A stretch of 35,915 nucleotides of DNA from Desulfobacterales bacterium (GCA_029940115.1 JAOZRQ010000004.1:1-35915); one strand, 5' to 3'; numbered from the stretch's first letter, positions 18,192 through 26,938 are shown. Translations and numbers: made by a program. The notes: a model not told the origin generated them from the sequence alone.

Positions 18192-18370
18192 CTGATTATA
18201 ACGCTTTTTAGGGAGGCCCGTGCCCCTGCCTGCTCGTGCCCCCTTACCCTGCCCGTGAACATTTGTGAGCACGGACATGCCCGTCGCCCATGGGCGTGAA
18301 CATGTGAGGCACCCGCAACGGGGCAGGGAAGGGGCAAGGGCAGAGGCTCCCCTAAATCCGTTATAATCAC
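18192..18370. mobile_element. MITE-like element (CTGATTATAACG termini, GGGCAC-type stem) with a 10-bp flanking direct repeat
   Basis: Termini are 'ctgattataacgctttttagggaggcc' and 'ggctcccctaaatccgttataatcac'. The flanks 18182-18191 and 18371-18380 are both 'agcaactttc'. Confidence 0.8.
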
Positions 18371-18843
18371 AGCAACTTTCGGAGTGGCAGAGTGAGATTC
18401 TTGCTACCTTGTTTACAAGAACACTTGACAACATGATAAAAAAAAGGGCATACTTCAAAAAAGGGGAGGTAAGTACCCGGCCAAAAGTTTTCCGGGATTT
18501 TTCTTGGGAGGACAACTCACAAACCGCGGATGAACCCGTCGTCTGCGTTCATCTGCGGCTCACAATGGGAAGGTTGTCCCTCATATGCAGACACCTGAAA
18601 ACATATGGCCAAGTACTTAGTTTACACTTTCGTCCTTGCCCCGGCAACTCCGCTCCTGCCAGTGATAATGAGAATCGACGGCAACGGGCAATTTACATGA
18701 GGGAGCGAAGATGACCGATGTTCCGCCCTCATATGCGCGGATGAAAGTTCGCCAAGTGCGATTTCAAATCGCATGTGGCGACCTGTTCCGCCCCATATGC
18801 GCGGATGAGAATCCAAGAGGCCATTCATCCTTCATCCTTTTTT

Positions 18844-19011
18844 CTGATTATAACGCTTTTCGGGGAGGCCGCCTGCCCGTGAACGTGCACGTGAACGTGA
18901 ACTTGAACGTGAATGTTCATTTGTGGGCAAGTTCGAGTTCAAGTATAAGTTCACGTTCAAGTTCACGTTCAAGTTCGAGTTCAAGGCCTCCCCTAAATCC
19001 GTTATAATCAG
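18844..19011. mobile_element. MITE-like element (CTGATTATAACG termini, GTGAAC/GTTCAC hexamer stem) with an 8-bp flanking direct repeat
   Basis: Termini are 'ctgattataacgcttttcggggaggcc' and 'ggcctcccctaaatccgttataatcag': 12 matching bases, a 6-nt mismatch block, then 9 matching bases. The flanks 18836-18843 and 19012-19019 are both 'cctttttt'. The interior is (GTGAAC)n, a loop, then (GTTCAn)n. Confidence 0.85.
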
Positions 19012-19114
19012 CCTTTTTTCACATAAGGTTTTCACATAAGGAGCCAAGATGACGATGTTCCGCCCCAAGAGGCCGTTCATCCTTCATCCTTCATAATTTA
19101 CAAAGGGGTATATC

Positions 19115-20221
19115 ATGCAGATTTTTTCATCCATGGATCAACATGACCATGAAGAGGTCGTCTTTGTCAGCCACCCGGAATCAAGGCTGAAAGGCATCAT
19201 CGCCATACACAACACCGTGCTGGGACCGGCTCTCGGCGGGACCCGGATGTGGCCTTATGAAAGTGAGGATGCCGCGTTGAATGATGTCCTCCGCCTTTCC
19301 CGGGGCATGACATACAAGGCGGCTGCTGCCGGTCTCAACTTGGGCGGTGGGAAGGCGGTCATCATCGGAAACCCGAAAACCGACAAGAATGAAAAGCTGT
19401 TCCGTGCTTTTGGCAGATTCATCCAAGGGCTGGGGGGAAGGTACATCACCGCCGAAGATGTGGGAACTTCGGTCAGAGACATGGAATGGGTCCGGATGGA
19501 AACCGATTTTGTCACCGGCATAGATGAAGCCTTGGGGGGAAGCGGTGACCCGTCCCCTGTGACAGCCACGGGCACATTTCACGGAATGAAGGCCACCGCA
19601 AAAAAACTGTGGGGCAATGAGTCCTTATCCGGAAAAAAGGTTGCCGTTCAGGGGTTGGGCCATGTGGGCTACTATCTGGTCAAGCATCTTCATGAGGACG
19701 GCGCTGAGGTGATCGGCACGGACATTGATGAGAATTCGGTCAAACGGGTGGTCGATGAATTCAAGGTGAAAGCGGTGGGGCCGGATGAAATCTATGAAGT
19801 GGATGCGGACATTTTCTCACCCTGTGCGCTGGGCGCGGTGGTGAATGACGAGACCCTCCCCAAATTCAAGTTCAAGATCATCGCGGGGCCAGCGAACAAT
19901 CAGCTCGCGGATGAGGAAAAACACGGCGAAGCCCTTCGGGAAAAGGGGATCCTGTACGCGCCGGATTATGTCATCAATGCGGGGGGGCTGATCAATGTGG
20001 CCAACGAGCTGGAAGGGTATCACCGGGAAAGGTCCCTGAATCAGGCCAAGGGGATTTACGACATTCTGCTGGACGTTTTTGACATTGCGGAAAAAGAGAA
20101 CATCCCCACCCACAAAGCATCCAACCGCCTGGCTGAAAAGCGGATCGGAGACATCAGGGCAACCAAGCGAATCCACACCCAGCGAACCATCATTGCAAGA
20201 GATCGTGCGGGCCAGCGGTGA
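19115..20221 (+). CDS. Leucine/phenylalanine-type amino-acid dehydrogenase (Glu/Leu/Phe/Val dehydrogenase family)
   Basis: [12 protein letters not shown]...[32 protein letters not shown] contains the catalytic Lys region. The Rossmann motif is [11 protein letters not shown]. The length of 368 aa is typical of LeuDH/PheDH. Confidence 0.9.
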   Translation: MQIFSSMDQHDHEEVVFVSHPESRLKGIIAIHNTVLGPALGGTRMWPYESEDAALNDVLRLSRGMTYKAAAAGLNLGGGKAVIIGNPKTDKNEKLFRAFGRFIQGLGGRYITAEDVGTSVRDMEWVRMETDFVTGIDEALGGSGDPSPVTATGTFHGMKATAKKLWGNESLSGKKVAVQGLGHVGYYLVKHLHEDGAEVIGTDIDENSVKRVVDEFKVKAVGPDEIYEVDADIFSPCALGAVVNDETLPKFKFKIIAGPANNQLADEEKHGEALREKGILYAPDYVINAGGLINVANELEGYHRERSLNQAKGIYDILLDVFDIAEKENIPTHKASNRLAEKRIGDIRATKRIHTQRTIIARDRAGQR

Positions 20222-20237
20222 GCGGCCTGCGGCCTGT

Positions 20238-20266
20238 GGTGAGCGGCATGCGGCTTGCCGCTCGCC
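20238..20266. terminator. GC-rich hairpin between the convergent dehydrogenase and mglA-like genes; weak terminator candidate
   Basis: 'ggtgagcggc' (20238-20247) pairs with 'gccgctcgcc' (20257-20266) with one mismatch and a 9-nt loop. There is no clear T-run. Confidence 0.35.
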
Positions 20267-20272
20267 CCTCGC

Positions 20273-20872
20273 CTATTCTATCGCATGCTTCAAGGAATGA
20301 ATGGTCTTGGATATGACGGCCTTGAGGGTGGGAACCACATTCATGCCGCTCAACGCGCTCGCCTCAAAGGAGGGTGCCTTCAATCGGCTGTTGAGTTCCT
20401 TTTCCATGATTCTGACTGGCAGAATCGGAACGTCCTTGAGGTCCCTTTTGTTATATTGAAACACCAAGGGAAGCTTGAAAATGTTCTTTTTGTAGATCGT
20501 CAGATTTTCTTGGAGATTTCTGAGAGAGAGAATGTTCCTTTTTCTCCGCGACGCTGTGGAATCCGCGACAAACACCACCCCGTCGGCCCCCTTCAGCACC
20601 AGACGTCGGGTGGCGTCGTACATGACTTGCCCCGGGACGGTGTAAATTTGCATTCTCACCCTGAAACCCATTATTGTCCCAATATCAAAAGGGAGGAAGT
20701 CGAAAAAAAGGGTCCTATCCCCGTGTGTCCTGATACAGACCATATCCGAATCAATCCGGTCCCGGAATTTGCGATGAATGTATTCGAGATTGGTGGTCTT
20801 CCCCCCCATGCCAGGGCCGTAATAGACGATTTTTGCCTGTATCTCTTTGTTTTTGTGATTGACGAAAGCCAA
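20273..20872 (-). CDS. mglA: MglA-type Ras-like small GTPase
   Basis: MAFVNHKNKEIQAKIVYYGPGMGGKTTNLEYI..., ...IYTVPGQVMYDATRRLVLKGADGVVFVADS... and ...FQYNKRDL closely follow the MglA pattern (P-loop, TVPGQ switch II, NKxD). Confidence 0.88.
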   Translation of the reverse strand: MAFVNHKNKEIQAKIVYYGPGMGGKTTNLEYIHRKFRDRIDSDMVCIRTHGDRTLFFDFLPFDIGTIMGFRVRMQIYTVPGQVMYDATRRLVLKGADGVVFVADSTASRRKRNILSLRNLQENLTIYKKNIFKLPLVFQYNKRDLKDVPILPVRIMEKELNSRLKAPSFEASALSGMNVVPTLKAVISKTIHSLKHAIE

Positions 20873-20899
20873 TGAATCCCCTCCGGTTTCTGTAACTCG

Positions 20900-21040
20900 A
20901 CTATCAAGTTTTTAAAACTTGACCACATAAAAACAGTATTTCAAAGACTTAAAAACTTGATGCAAATATTGTGTTTTCAAACTTTGAAAATGTGACATAT
21001 TGAATTTGTTGATGGGCACATAAAATTTCAACTTGAAAAT
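20900..21040. promoter_or_regulatory. AT-rich upstream region of the mglA-like gene with several TTCAA/TTGAA-based palindromes
   Basis: The region contains 'tcaagtttttaaaacttga' (20904-20922), 'ttttcaaactttgaaaa' (20974-20990) and 'tttcaacttgaaa' (21026-21038). There are also further 'aaacttga' half sites at about 20953 and 21066. Confidence 0.4.
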
Positions 21041-21135
21041 ATCCAATAAATTCAGTCAACAGAAAAAACTTGATAGTTGAGTGTAAGGATGAAGGCTTTA
21101 ATCCTTCATGTTTCATCCTTCACCCTTCATGTTTC

Positions 21136-21258
21136 CTGATTATAACGCTTTTCGGAGAGGCCGCCCTGCCCATGAACGTGAACTTGAACGTGAATGTGAA
21201 TGTTCATTTGTGGGCAAGTTCAAGTATAAGTTCACGTTCACGTTCAATGCCTCCCCTT
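21136..21258. mobile_element. Truncated MITE-like element (hexamer-stem family). The left terminus is intact; the right terminus is lost next to the regulator stop codon.
   Basis: 'ctgattataacgcttttcggagaggcc', then GTGAAC-type hexamers, a loop, GTTCAC-type hexamers and 'gcctcccct'. The 'aaatccgttataatcag' end is absent. Confidence 0.7.
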
Positions 21259-21264
21259 CACATC

Positions 21265-21933
21265 TCAGTCCTCCCATAGCTCTGGGCCGATGATCCCGAC
21301 TTTCACCGCATATTTGACCATTTCCACCATATTGTGAACATCCAGTTTCTTCATGATGTTTGCGCGATGTTTTTTCACTGTTTTCAGACTGATGCATAGT
21401 ATATCCGCGGTCTCGGAAGTCTCCCTTCCTTCGACCAGCATGCGGAAAACTTGCTGCTCCCGCTCGGAGAGAAGGTTGTAGCCGGTGACATTCGGTTTTT
21501 CTTTTTGGTTTCTGAGATAAGTGTCTATAATTTTGGCATTAACCCGTGAGCTCAAAAAATATTCGCCGCTGAAGACCGCCCGTATCGCCTCGAGCACATC
21601 GGATGTCGGTGAGGCTTTCAGCACATAGCCCTTCGCACCGGAGGAGAGTGCCCGGTCCACATACGCATCTTTTTCGTGCATGGAGAGGAGAACGACTTGG
21701 ATGTCCGGAACGGCCTCCTTCATCAATGTCACGGCCTCGAGACCGCTCAGACGGGGCATGGCGATATCCACGAGTGCCACATCCGGGTGGAGTGATTTGA
21801 CCTTTTTCACCGTCTGCAAGCCGTCAATCGCCTCACCGACCACTTCCATATCTCTCTCTTCTTCCAAAAGTCTTCGCAATCCGTTTCGTACAATGGCATG
21901 ATCATCCGCAATTAATACCTTGATTTTACGCAT
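21265..21933 (-). CDS. NarL/LuxR-family response regulator (receiver + HTH)
   Basis: MRKIKVLIADDHAIVRNGL..., ...DVALVDIAMPRLSG... and LSEREQQVFRMLVEGRETSETADILCISLKTVKKHRANIMKKL. ATG at 21933 has the RBS 'aaggaa'. The track start at 22017 is an upstream extension. Confidence 0.92.
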   Translation of the reverse strand: MRKIKVLIADDHAIVRNGLRRLLEEERDMEVVGEAIDGLQTVKKVKSLHPDVALVDIAMPRLSGLEAVTLMKEAVPDIQVVLLSMHEKDAYVDRALSSGAKGYVLKASPTSDVLEAIRAVFSGEYFLSSRVNAKIIDTYLRNQKEKPNVTGYNLLSEREQQVFRMLVEGRETSETADILCISLKTVKKHRANIMKKLDVHNMVEMVKYAVKVGIIGPELWED

Positions 21934-22065
21934 TTTTCGTTCCTTATTCAAAAGCCTTGAAAGACTATCCCGACGACGGGTGCCGAATGTTCGCCCGGAG
22001 ATTCTTGGTTTTGCCAAAATCCTGTGTGCAGGCCAAAATCAGCAGACAAAAATGATCAGCATATC

Positions 22066-22181
22066 GGCATCTTTCATTTTGCCTGAAAGGTGGTTCACAC
22101 TTCAGTTTGTAGTTCCGCCTTCAGGCGGTGCGAGACCGCCTGAAGGCGGAACTGCAAACTGGAATGTAAACCCATAAATGA
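22066..22181. mobile_element. Element of about 116 bp with a GTTCCGCC hairpin core (22104-22160), an inverted copy of 26514-26630, with 10-bp flanking direct repeats
   Basis: It begins 'ggcatctttcattttgcctgaaaggtggttcac', has the hairpin core, and ends 'ggaatgtaaacccataaatga'. 'tcagcatatc' occurs at both 22056-22065 and 22182-22191. Confidence 0.7.
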
Positions 22182-22240
22182 TCAGCATATCTGAAAGGAG
22201 CTTGGGAACCGTGGCCAAACAACTTCCCCATTTCCAGCTC

Positions 22241-22289
22241 CTGCCGGATTGCCAAATCCGGCAGACGTCTCGGATTTGCCAATCCGAGA
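22241..22289. repeat. Paired small hairpins (CCGGATTGCCAAATCCGG and CTCGGATTTGCCAATCCGAG)
   Basis: 'ctgccggattgccaaatccggcag' and 'tctcggatttgccaatccgaga'. The same pair occurs at 6602-6642. Confidence 0.7.
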
Positions 22290-22699
22290 CGGGCGTGGGC
22301 CGGGATGTTGTTTGGTCATGGTTCCTTGGCAATGGTCCTGATTCTAACGGATTTTGTGTTTGCATGTGGTCACGATCCTGGAAGCCGGTCTGGGGACAGC
22401 CTGCCGCAACAATCCCCACAAACCGTGGATGGACGCTGACGAGCCTCGGCACACAGGCCATCCGCGTTCATCCGCGGATCACCATTCTCAGCTCATGTCG
22501 GAAACCACAAAAACCGTCAGAACCAAGTTCATTCAGAAAAAAGCCGGGTTTCTGGCCGAGGTGGGACACCGCAAAAGGCCGGTGTCAGCCCACAGATTGA
22601 TATTTTTTTGTTGGCCCATGTTCACTTACTTGAATAGAGGAACAGAACAAGGAAATCAATGGGGTGGGGGGAGTATTGAAAGGTGGGAATATCCTACCT

Positions 22700-22838
22700 G
22701 AAGGATGAAGTTTGAAGGATGAAGGATGAGGGATGAAGTTTGAAGGATGAAGTTTGAAGGATGAAGTTTGAAGGATGAGGGATGAAGTTTGAGGGATGAA
22801 GTTTGAAGGATGAAGGATGAGGGGTGAAGTTTGAAGAT
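22700..22838. repeat. Heptamer tandem array (GAAGGAT/GAAGTTT/GAGGGAT), about 20 units
   Basis: A direct read shows strict 7-nt periodicity. A short inverted counterpart 'catcatccttcacctttcaccttc' lies at 22934-22957, next to the regulator stop. Confidence 0.9.
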
Positions 22839-22957
22839 GACTTTGGAAAGAACAGGGGGAACTTTCCGACCTTTTTCCAAGTTGATTTGAGGAGTCATTC
22901 GCCATTAATCAGGATATCCCAAAAGATAGAACGCATCATCCTTCACCTTTCACCTTC

Positions 22958-23635
22958 TCATGATACATCTTCCCAGAGTTCAGGTCCGATGATCCCGATT
23001 TTGATGGCGTATTTCACCATTTCCACCATGTTATGGATGTCCAGTTTTCTCATGGTGTTCGCACGATGTTTGTCCACGGTCTTTGAACTGATGCACAGAA
23101 TTTCGGCGATCTCCGCATTGGACTTCCCTTCGACCAGAAGCCGGAACACCTGCTGCTCCCGTTCGGAGAGAAGATTGTAGCCGCTGACGGCAGGTTGCTT
23201 CTCATCCCGGTTTCTCAGAAATGTGCTGATGAGTTTGGAATTGATCTTCGAACTGAGAAAATGCTCGCCTCGCTTCGCTGCCCGGATGGCCTCAAGCACG
23301 TCAGAGGTGGGAGAGGCTTTGAGCACATACCCGAGCGCGCCGGAATTCAGGGCCTGATACACATACGCGTCTTTGATGTGCATGGAGAGAAGCACCACCT
23401 GGGTCTCAGGAGCCGCCTCTCTGATCAGGGTCACCGCCTCCAGACCGTTAAGCTCGGGCATGGCGATATCAAGGAGTGCGACATTCGGACGAATCGCCCT
23501 GACCTTTTTCACCGCCTGCATGCCGTTCGTCGCCTCGCCGACCACCTCCATATCTTCCTGCTCGTCGAGAAGTTTATGCAGACCTTCCCGCACCACTGCA
23601 TGATCGTCTGCAATCAACACACTGATTTTGTCCAT
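22958..23635 (-). CDS. NarL/LuxR-family response regulator, paralogue of 21265-21933
   Basis: MDKISVLIADDHAVVREGL..., ...NVALLDIAMPELNG... and LSEREQQVFRLLVEGKSNAEIAEILCISSKTVDKHRANTMRKL. ATG at 23635 has the strong RBS 'gaaggagg'. The track start at 23710 reads into the nonamer array (SFVSFVSFV). Confidence 0.92.
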   Translation of the reverse strand: MDKISVLIADDHAVVREGLHKLLDEQEDMEVVGEATNGMQAVKKVRAIRPNVALLDIAMPELNGLEAVTLIREAAPETQVVLLSMHIKDAYVYQALNSGALGYVLKASPTSDVLEAIRAAKRGEHFLSSKINSKLISTFLRNRDEKQPAVSGYNLLSEREQQVFRLLVEGKSNAEIAEILCISSKTVDKHRANTMRKLDIHNMVEMVKYAIKIGIIGPELWEDVS

Positions 23636-23647
23636 TTTTTCCTCCTT

Positions 23648-23965
23648 CAAACTCACAAAACTCACAAAACTCACAAAACTCACAAAACTCACAAAACTCT
23701 CAAAACTCAAAAACTCTCAAAACTCTCAAAACTCTCAAAACTCTCAAAACTCTCAAAACTCACAAAACTCAAAAACTCACAAAACTCAAAAACTCACAAA
23801 ACTCTCAAAACTCAAAAACTCATAAAACTCACAAAACTCACAAAACTCTCAAAACTCACAAAACTCACAAAACTCTCAAAACTCTCAAAACTCTCAAAAC
23901 TCTCAAAACTCATAAAACTCTCAAAACTCAAAAACTCTCAAAACTCTCAAAACTCTCAAAACTCC
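23648..23965. repeat. Nonamer tandem array (ACTCACAAA/ACTCTCAAA with occasional 8-nt ACTCAAAA units), about 35 units, filling the kinase-regulator spacer
   Basis: The direct read is continuous from just upstream of the regulator RBS to 2 nt before the kinase stop codon (23968-23970). It translates as KTH/KLS/NSQ or SFV repeats in the open frames. Confidence 0.95.
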
Positions 23966-23967
23966 CC

Positions 23968-26172
23968 TCACCCATTCACAGGGAGTTCAACCCTGATTGT
24001 GGTTCCCTTGCCTATGTTGGAGCGGATATCGATGTGTCCGTTCATGACCACCACCCGCTCCCGCATCCCCAGAAGACCGATGCCGTCGGTCCCCTTTGTC
24101 TGTTCATCGAATCCGGCGCCATCGTCCTTGATGACAAAGATGATGCCAGGATAACTGTAGGTCAGCCTGACTTCCACCTGTTTGGCCTTTGCATGTTTCA
24201 CGACGTTGTTCATGCTCTCCTGAAATATTCTGTAGAGCACCAGTTCAATATCCGAGGAAAGCCGCTTCTTGAAACCCACCGCCTGGAAATCAATTTGAAT
24301 GTCCGACCTTTTCTCCGTGAACTCTTTGATATACCATTCCAAGGTGGGAACCAGTCCGAGATCATCCAGCAGATCCGGCCGAAGGTCAGACGAGATGCTT
24401 CTGATCTTGTCTCCGAGATGTTCAATCAGCTCAATCAGGTCTCCGATCCCCTCCTTGTGATTTTTCAATTCGACGGGTATGGATTTCTGCAAGGATTCCG
24501 CATTCATGTGGAGTGCGGCCAAGGTCTGGCCGAATTCGTCGTGAAGATCCTGGGCCAGCTCCTTTTTGCCTTCCTCACTGCTGCTGATCAGACGGACCGA
24601 AAGATGTCTGATCTCCTCCTCCACCCGCCTGCGATCCGCGATCTCCCTCTGCAGCTCAAATGTGTGTTCCTTCTCCAGTTCGTTGAGCTTCTGCAATGTT
24701 TTGACCATCTTGTTGTAGGAATTCGTGAGGAGAAGCGGCTCATCCTCCTCAAGAGGTTTCACCACCTGATGATCCTCCGGTTCAATTTCCAGTTCTTCAT
24801 CCATCAAATCTTCTGAGAGATATTTTTCGATGAGTTCATTCTCCATCCGCTCATGGCTTTCGACCTTCTCTTTGCTGGGAGAACGGACCCCATGTCGGAT
24901 GGCAAACAGCAGGATCATCATTGTGGAAAAGAGCAGCAACAACGCAGTGGCCGAGACAAACGCGAGAATCATCTTTCCGGTGGTGGCATTCAGCGCATGG
25001 AGCGTATCCTGAAGATAGGCCAGCAGGGCGGATTCCGATATCACCACCCCCAACCGCCAACCGGTGGATGTCATGGAATGAGAGGCGATGATGCAGGGGC
25101 GCCCGTCCAAGAGGAAGTGGTCGAGCAGATGGTCCTTTTGGATCATGTTCCGACCGATTTCCCTGAGTTTCTCATCAGAAGCCTCTGAGAGACGATGGTC
25201 AAGGGTGGGGCCTTCATTCTCAAGTCTCTCGGTGCCGGGTTTGAGATCAAAGGCCTGAAAATATGCCGGCGGAACGGCAATGATGTTGCCGGTGCTGTCA
25301 AGAAGAAAGGAAAAGAGGTTCTCTGCCAGATCTTTTCCGTTCCTCACCGACAAAAACCGGTTGAGCGACTGGTCATCCAAAATGTCGTTCAAAATTCGTT
25401 TCATGGGCACGTCCAAGCCGGCCGTTCCGAGATGCTGCCCCATTTTGCTGTAAACCGGGGTGCTTGCGGTGATCACCCACTCATTCCGAGGCGTGGTTTC
25501 ATGGACGCTTGTCCAGACCGTTTTGCGGGTGGGGTTCTGTTTCGGACCGGCAATGGTGTAAAAGACGTCATGCCTCATGTCATACACGTCGGCTCGGGGG
25601 AGCTCGGTCACCTCATGGGTGTTCGGATAATACCGTCGAATTCCGGATTCGGTGATGACATGGGCGGCCTCGCATTCCGGATTCGCTTTTTGGGCATTCA
25701 TCAAAATGGGGTCCACATGGGAGAGCGCGCTCAACTCCGCCCTCGTTTCCGTTGATATGGCCGATGATCCCCAATAGACGGCCATTGTTGAGTCAAAAGA
25801 ATCATTCGAAAATATGCCATTCGGCGGATAACGTACCCAGGTTTCATCTGGGTTGAGCGGTGTTTTCCCATAGACGTCGACATGATCCAAAAAAAAACCG
25901 GCCTGCTTCGCGATCATTGCCGAAGACGTGGCCATTCGCTGGAATATCGCCTCATAGCGCATGGTCTGCTCATAAGTCAGGCGGGAGAGAAATCCATGCG
26001 CCTGTTCTTTCAGGCGAGTCTCACTTTCTGACGCGTAAAAGTCGTTCAGCTCATCCATCAGCCAAAGCCCCGCATAAAACAGCAGAGCCGCTGTCAAGGC
26101 CATCGCCAGCGTGAAGATGGTGATCATCTTCAGACCTATTTTCTCACGTATCCGTCTTAACACACGAATCAC
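23968..26172 (-). CDS. Sensor histidine kinase: two TM segments flanking a Cache-like extracytoplasmic domain, coiled-coil linker, HisKA_3, HATPase_c
   Basis: TM1 is ITIFTLAMALTAALLFYAGLWL and TM2 is ILAFVSATALLLLFSTMMILLFAI. The H-box is ELAQDLHDEFGQTLAAL (NarX/LiaS type). The N-box is IFQESMNNVVKHA, and the G-boxes are DDGAGF and GIGLLGMRER. Confidence 0.92.
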   Translation of the reverse strand: MIRVLRRIREKIGLKMITIFTLAMALTAALLFYAGLWLMDELNDFYASESETRLKEQAHGFLSRLTYEQTMRYEAIFQRMATSSAMIAKQAGFFLDHVDVYGKTPLNPDETWVRYPPNGIFSNDSFDSTMAVYWGSSAISTETRAELSALSHVDPILMNAQKANPECEAAHVITESGIRRYYPNTHEVTELPRADVYDMRHDVFYTIAGPKQNPTRKTVWTSVHETTPRNEWVITASTPVYSKMGQHLGTAGLDVPMKRILNDILDDQSLNRFLSVRNGKDLAENLFSFLLDSTGNIIAVPPAYFQAFDLKPGTERLENEGPTLDHRLSEASDEKLREIGRNMIQKDHLLDHFLLDGRPCIIASHSMTSTGWRLGVVISESALLAYLQDTLHALNATTGKMILAFVSATALLLLFSTMMILLFAIRHGVRSPSKEKVESHERMENELIEKYLSEDLMDEELEIEPEDHQVVKPLEEDEPLLLTNSYNKMVKTLQKLNELEKEHTFELQREIADRRRVEEEIRHLSVRLISSSEEGKKELAQDLHDEFGQTLAALHMNAESLQKSIPVELKNHKEGIGDLIELIEHLGDKIRSISSDLRPDLLDDLGLVPTLEWYIKEFTEKRSDIQIDFQAVGFKKRLSSDIELVLYRIFQESMNNVVKHAKAKQVEVRLTYSYPGIIFVIKDDGAGFDEQTKGTDGIGLLGMRERVVVMNGHIDIRSNIGKGTTIRVELPVNG

Positions 26173-26264
26173 TGCTCCCTTTCCCGTTCACCCGAAAAAA
26201 AGAGAAACCAAGTTGACATCCTTCATTTCACCTGAAAAGTGGTTTGCACTTTTCGGATGGGAAA

Positions 26265-26321
26265 AGTTTGCAGTTCCGCCTCTCGGCGGCGCCACACCGC
26301 CTGAAGGCGGAACTGCAAACT
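26265..26321. repeat. GTTCCGCC...GGCGGAAC hairpin element copy
   Basis: 'agtttgcagttccgcctctcggcggcgccacaccgcctgaaggcggaactgcaaact' is preceded by 'cacctgaaaagtggtttgcac', which is related to the conserved flank. Confidence 0.75.
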
Positions 26322-26459
26322 TTTTCGTCTCAAAAAACTGTGAACTGATGGATGAAGGATGCCGAAGTTTCTTATGGAACAAACTCTATATCAATCTCTT
26401 GATTTTTGGTCAAGGAAATGATAACATTTTTTTTGTGGAAGTACTTGGCCACATATTTT

Positions 26460-26513
26460 CTGATTATAACGGATTTAGGGGAGGCCTTGAACGTGAACTT
26501 ATACTTGAACATG
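26460..26513. mobile_element. Half of a hexamer-stem MITE (terminus in inverted orientation), cut off by the neighbouring element
   Basis: 'ctgattataacggatttaggggaggcc' followed by 'ttgaacgtgaacttatacttgaacatg'. The other half is missing, apart from 'tgaacgtgaacc' just after 26630. Confidence 0.65.
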
Positions 26514-26630
26514 GGCATCTTTCATTTATGGGTTTGCATTCCAGTTTGTAGTTCCGCCTTCAGGCGGTCTCGCACCGCCCAAAGGCGGAACTGCAAACTG
26601 AACCACCTTTCAGGCAAAATGAAAGATGCC
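26514..26630. mobile_element. Complete element of about 117 bp with a GTTCCGCC hairpin core and GGCATCTTTCAT...ATGAAAGATGCC termini, apparently inserted into the hexamer-stem MITE
   Basis: The termini 'ggcatctttcattt' and 'aaatgaaagatgcc' are inverted repeats. The core is at 26543-26599. The flanks are 'tgaacatg' and 'tgaacgtg'. Confidence 0.7.
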
Positions 26631-26710
26631 TGAACGTGAACCACTTTTTTTGGGCAACATGTCAAAGATGGCTCATTATTTATTGACAAACGTATAAGAA
26701 GGCACTATTT

Positions 26711-26796
26711 AGAAGGTGTTTGAAAACTCCCTTGCCGTGTGCCCCTGCTCGAAACTGGGCATGGGCAGAGGGCAACAGGTGTTTTCAAGCACCTTC
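26711..26796. mobile_element. Palindromic element of the AGAAGGTGTTTGAAAAC...GTTTTCAAGCACCTTC family
   Basis: 'agaaggtgtttgaaaactcccttgccgtgtgcccc...gggcatgggcagagggcaacaggtgttttcaagcaccttc'. A second copy is nested at 17869-17995. Confidence 0.7.
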
Positions 26797-26810
26797 CAAG
26801 AAGGATGAAG

Positions 26811-26938
26811 CTGTGGACAAAAAATCGGGAACGGGCAGGAAACCCGGCCCCCGACAAAAAACGTCGGGGCAAGCTTTTTCCCAAAAGGGCCGACTTCCCG
26901 ACTGCAAGAAAAAGCCGGGTTTCTTTGTCCTGTACACA
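26811..26938. mobile_element. MITE-like element, CTGTG...CACAG family, with a perfect 9-bp flanking direct repeat, inserted into a GGATGAA heptamer array
   Basis: Termini are 'ctgtggacaaaaaa' and 'tttgtcctgtacacag'. The flanks 26802-26810 and 26939-26947 are both 'aggatgaag'. Confidence 0.8.

Noticed and set aside
20255-20875. 206-aa plus-strand ORF
   Set aside because: It is antisense to the MglA-type GTPase, whose motifs are unambiguous.
22700-22838. Idea that GGATGAA arrays encode serial mini-ORFs (ATG AAG GAT GAA GGA TGA) with built-in Shine-Dalgarno-like GAAGGA
   Set aside because: The SD-to-ATG spacing within a unit is essentially zero. The orientation of the arrays relative to the downstream genes is not consistent across the window. 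No support beyond the pattern.
23195-24154. 319-aa plus-strand ORF spanning the regulator, the nonamer array and the kinase end
   Set aside because: It is antisense to two solid genes. It stays open only because of the low-complexity nonamer array (KTHKTH/KLSKLS).
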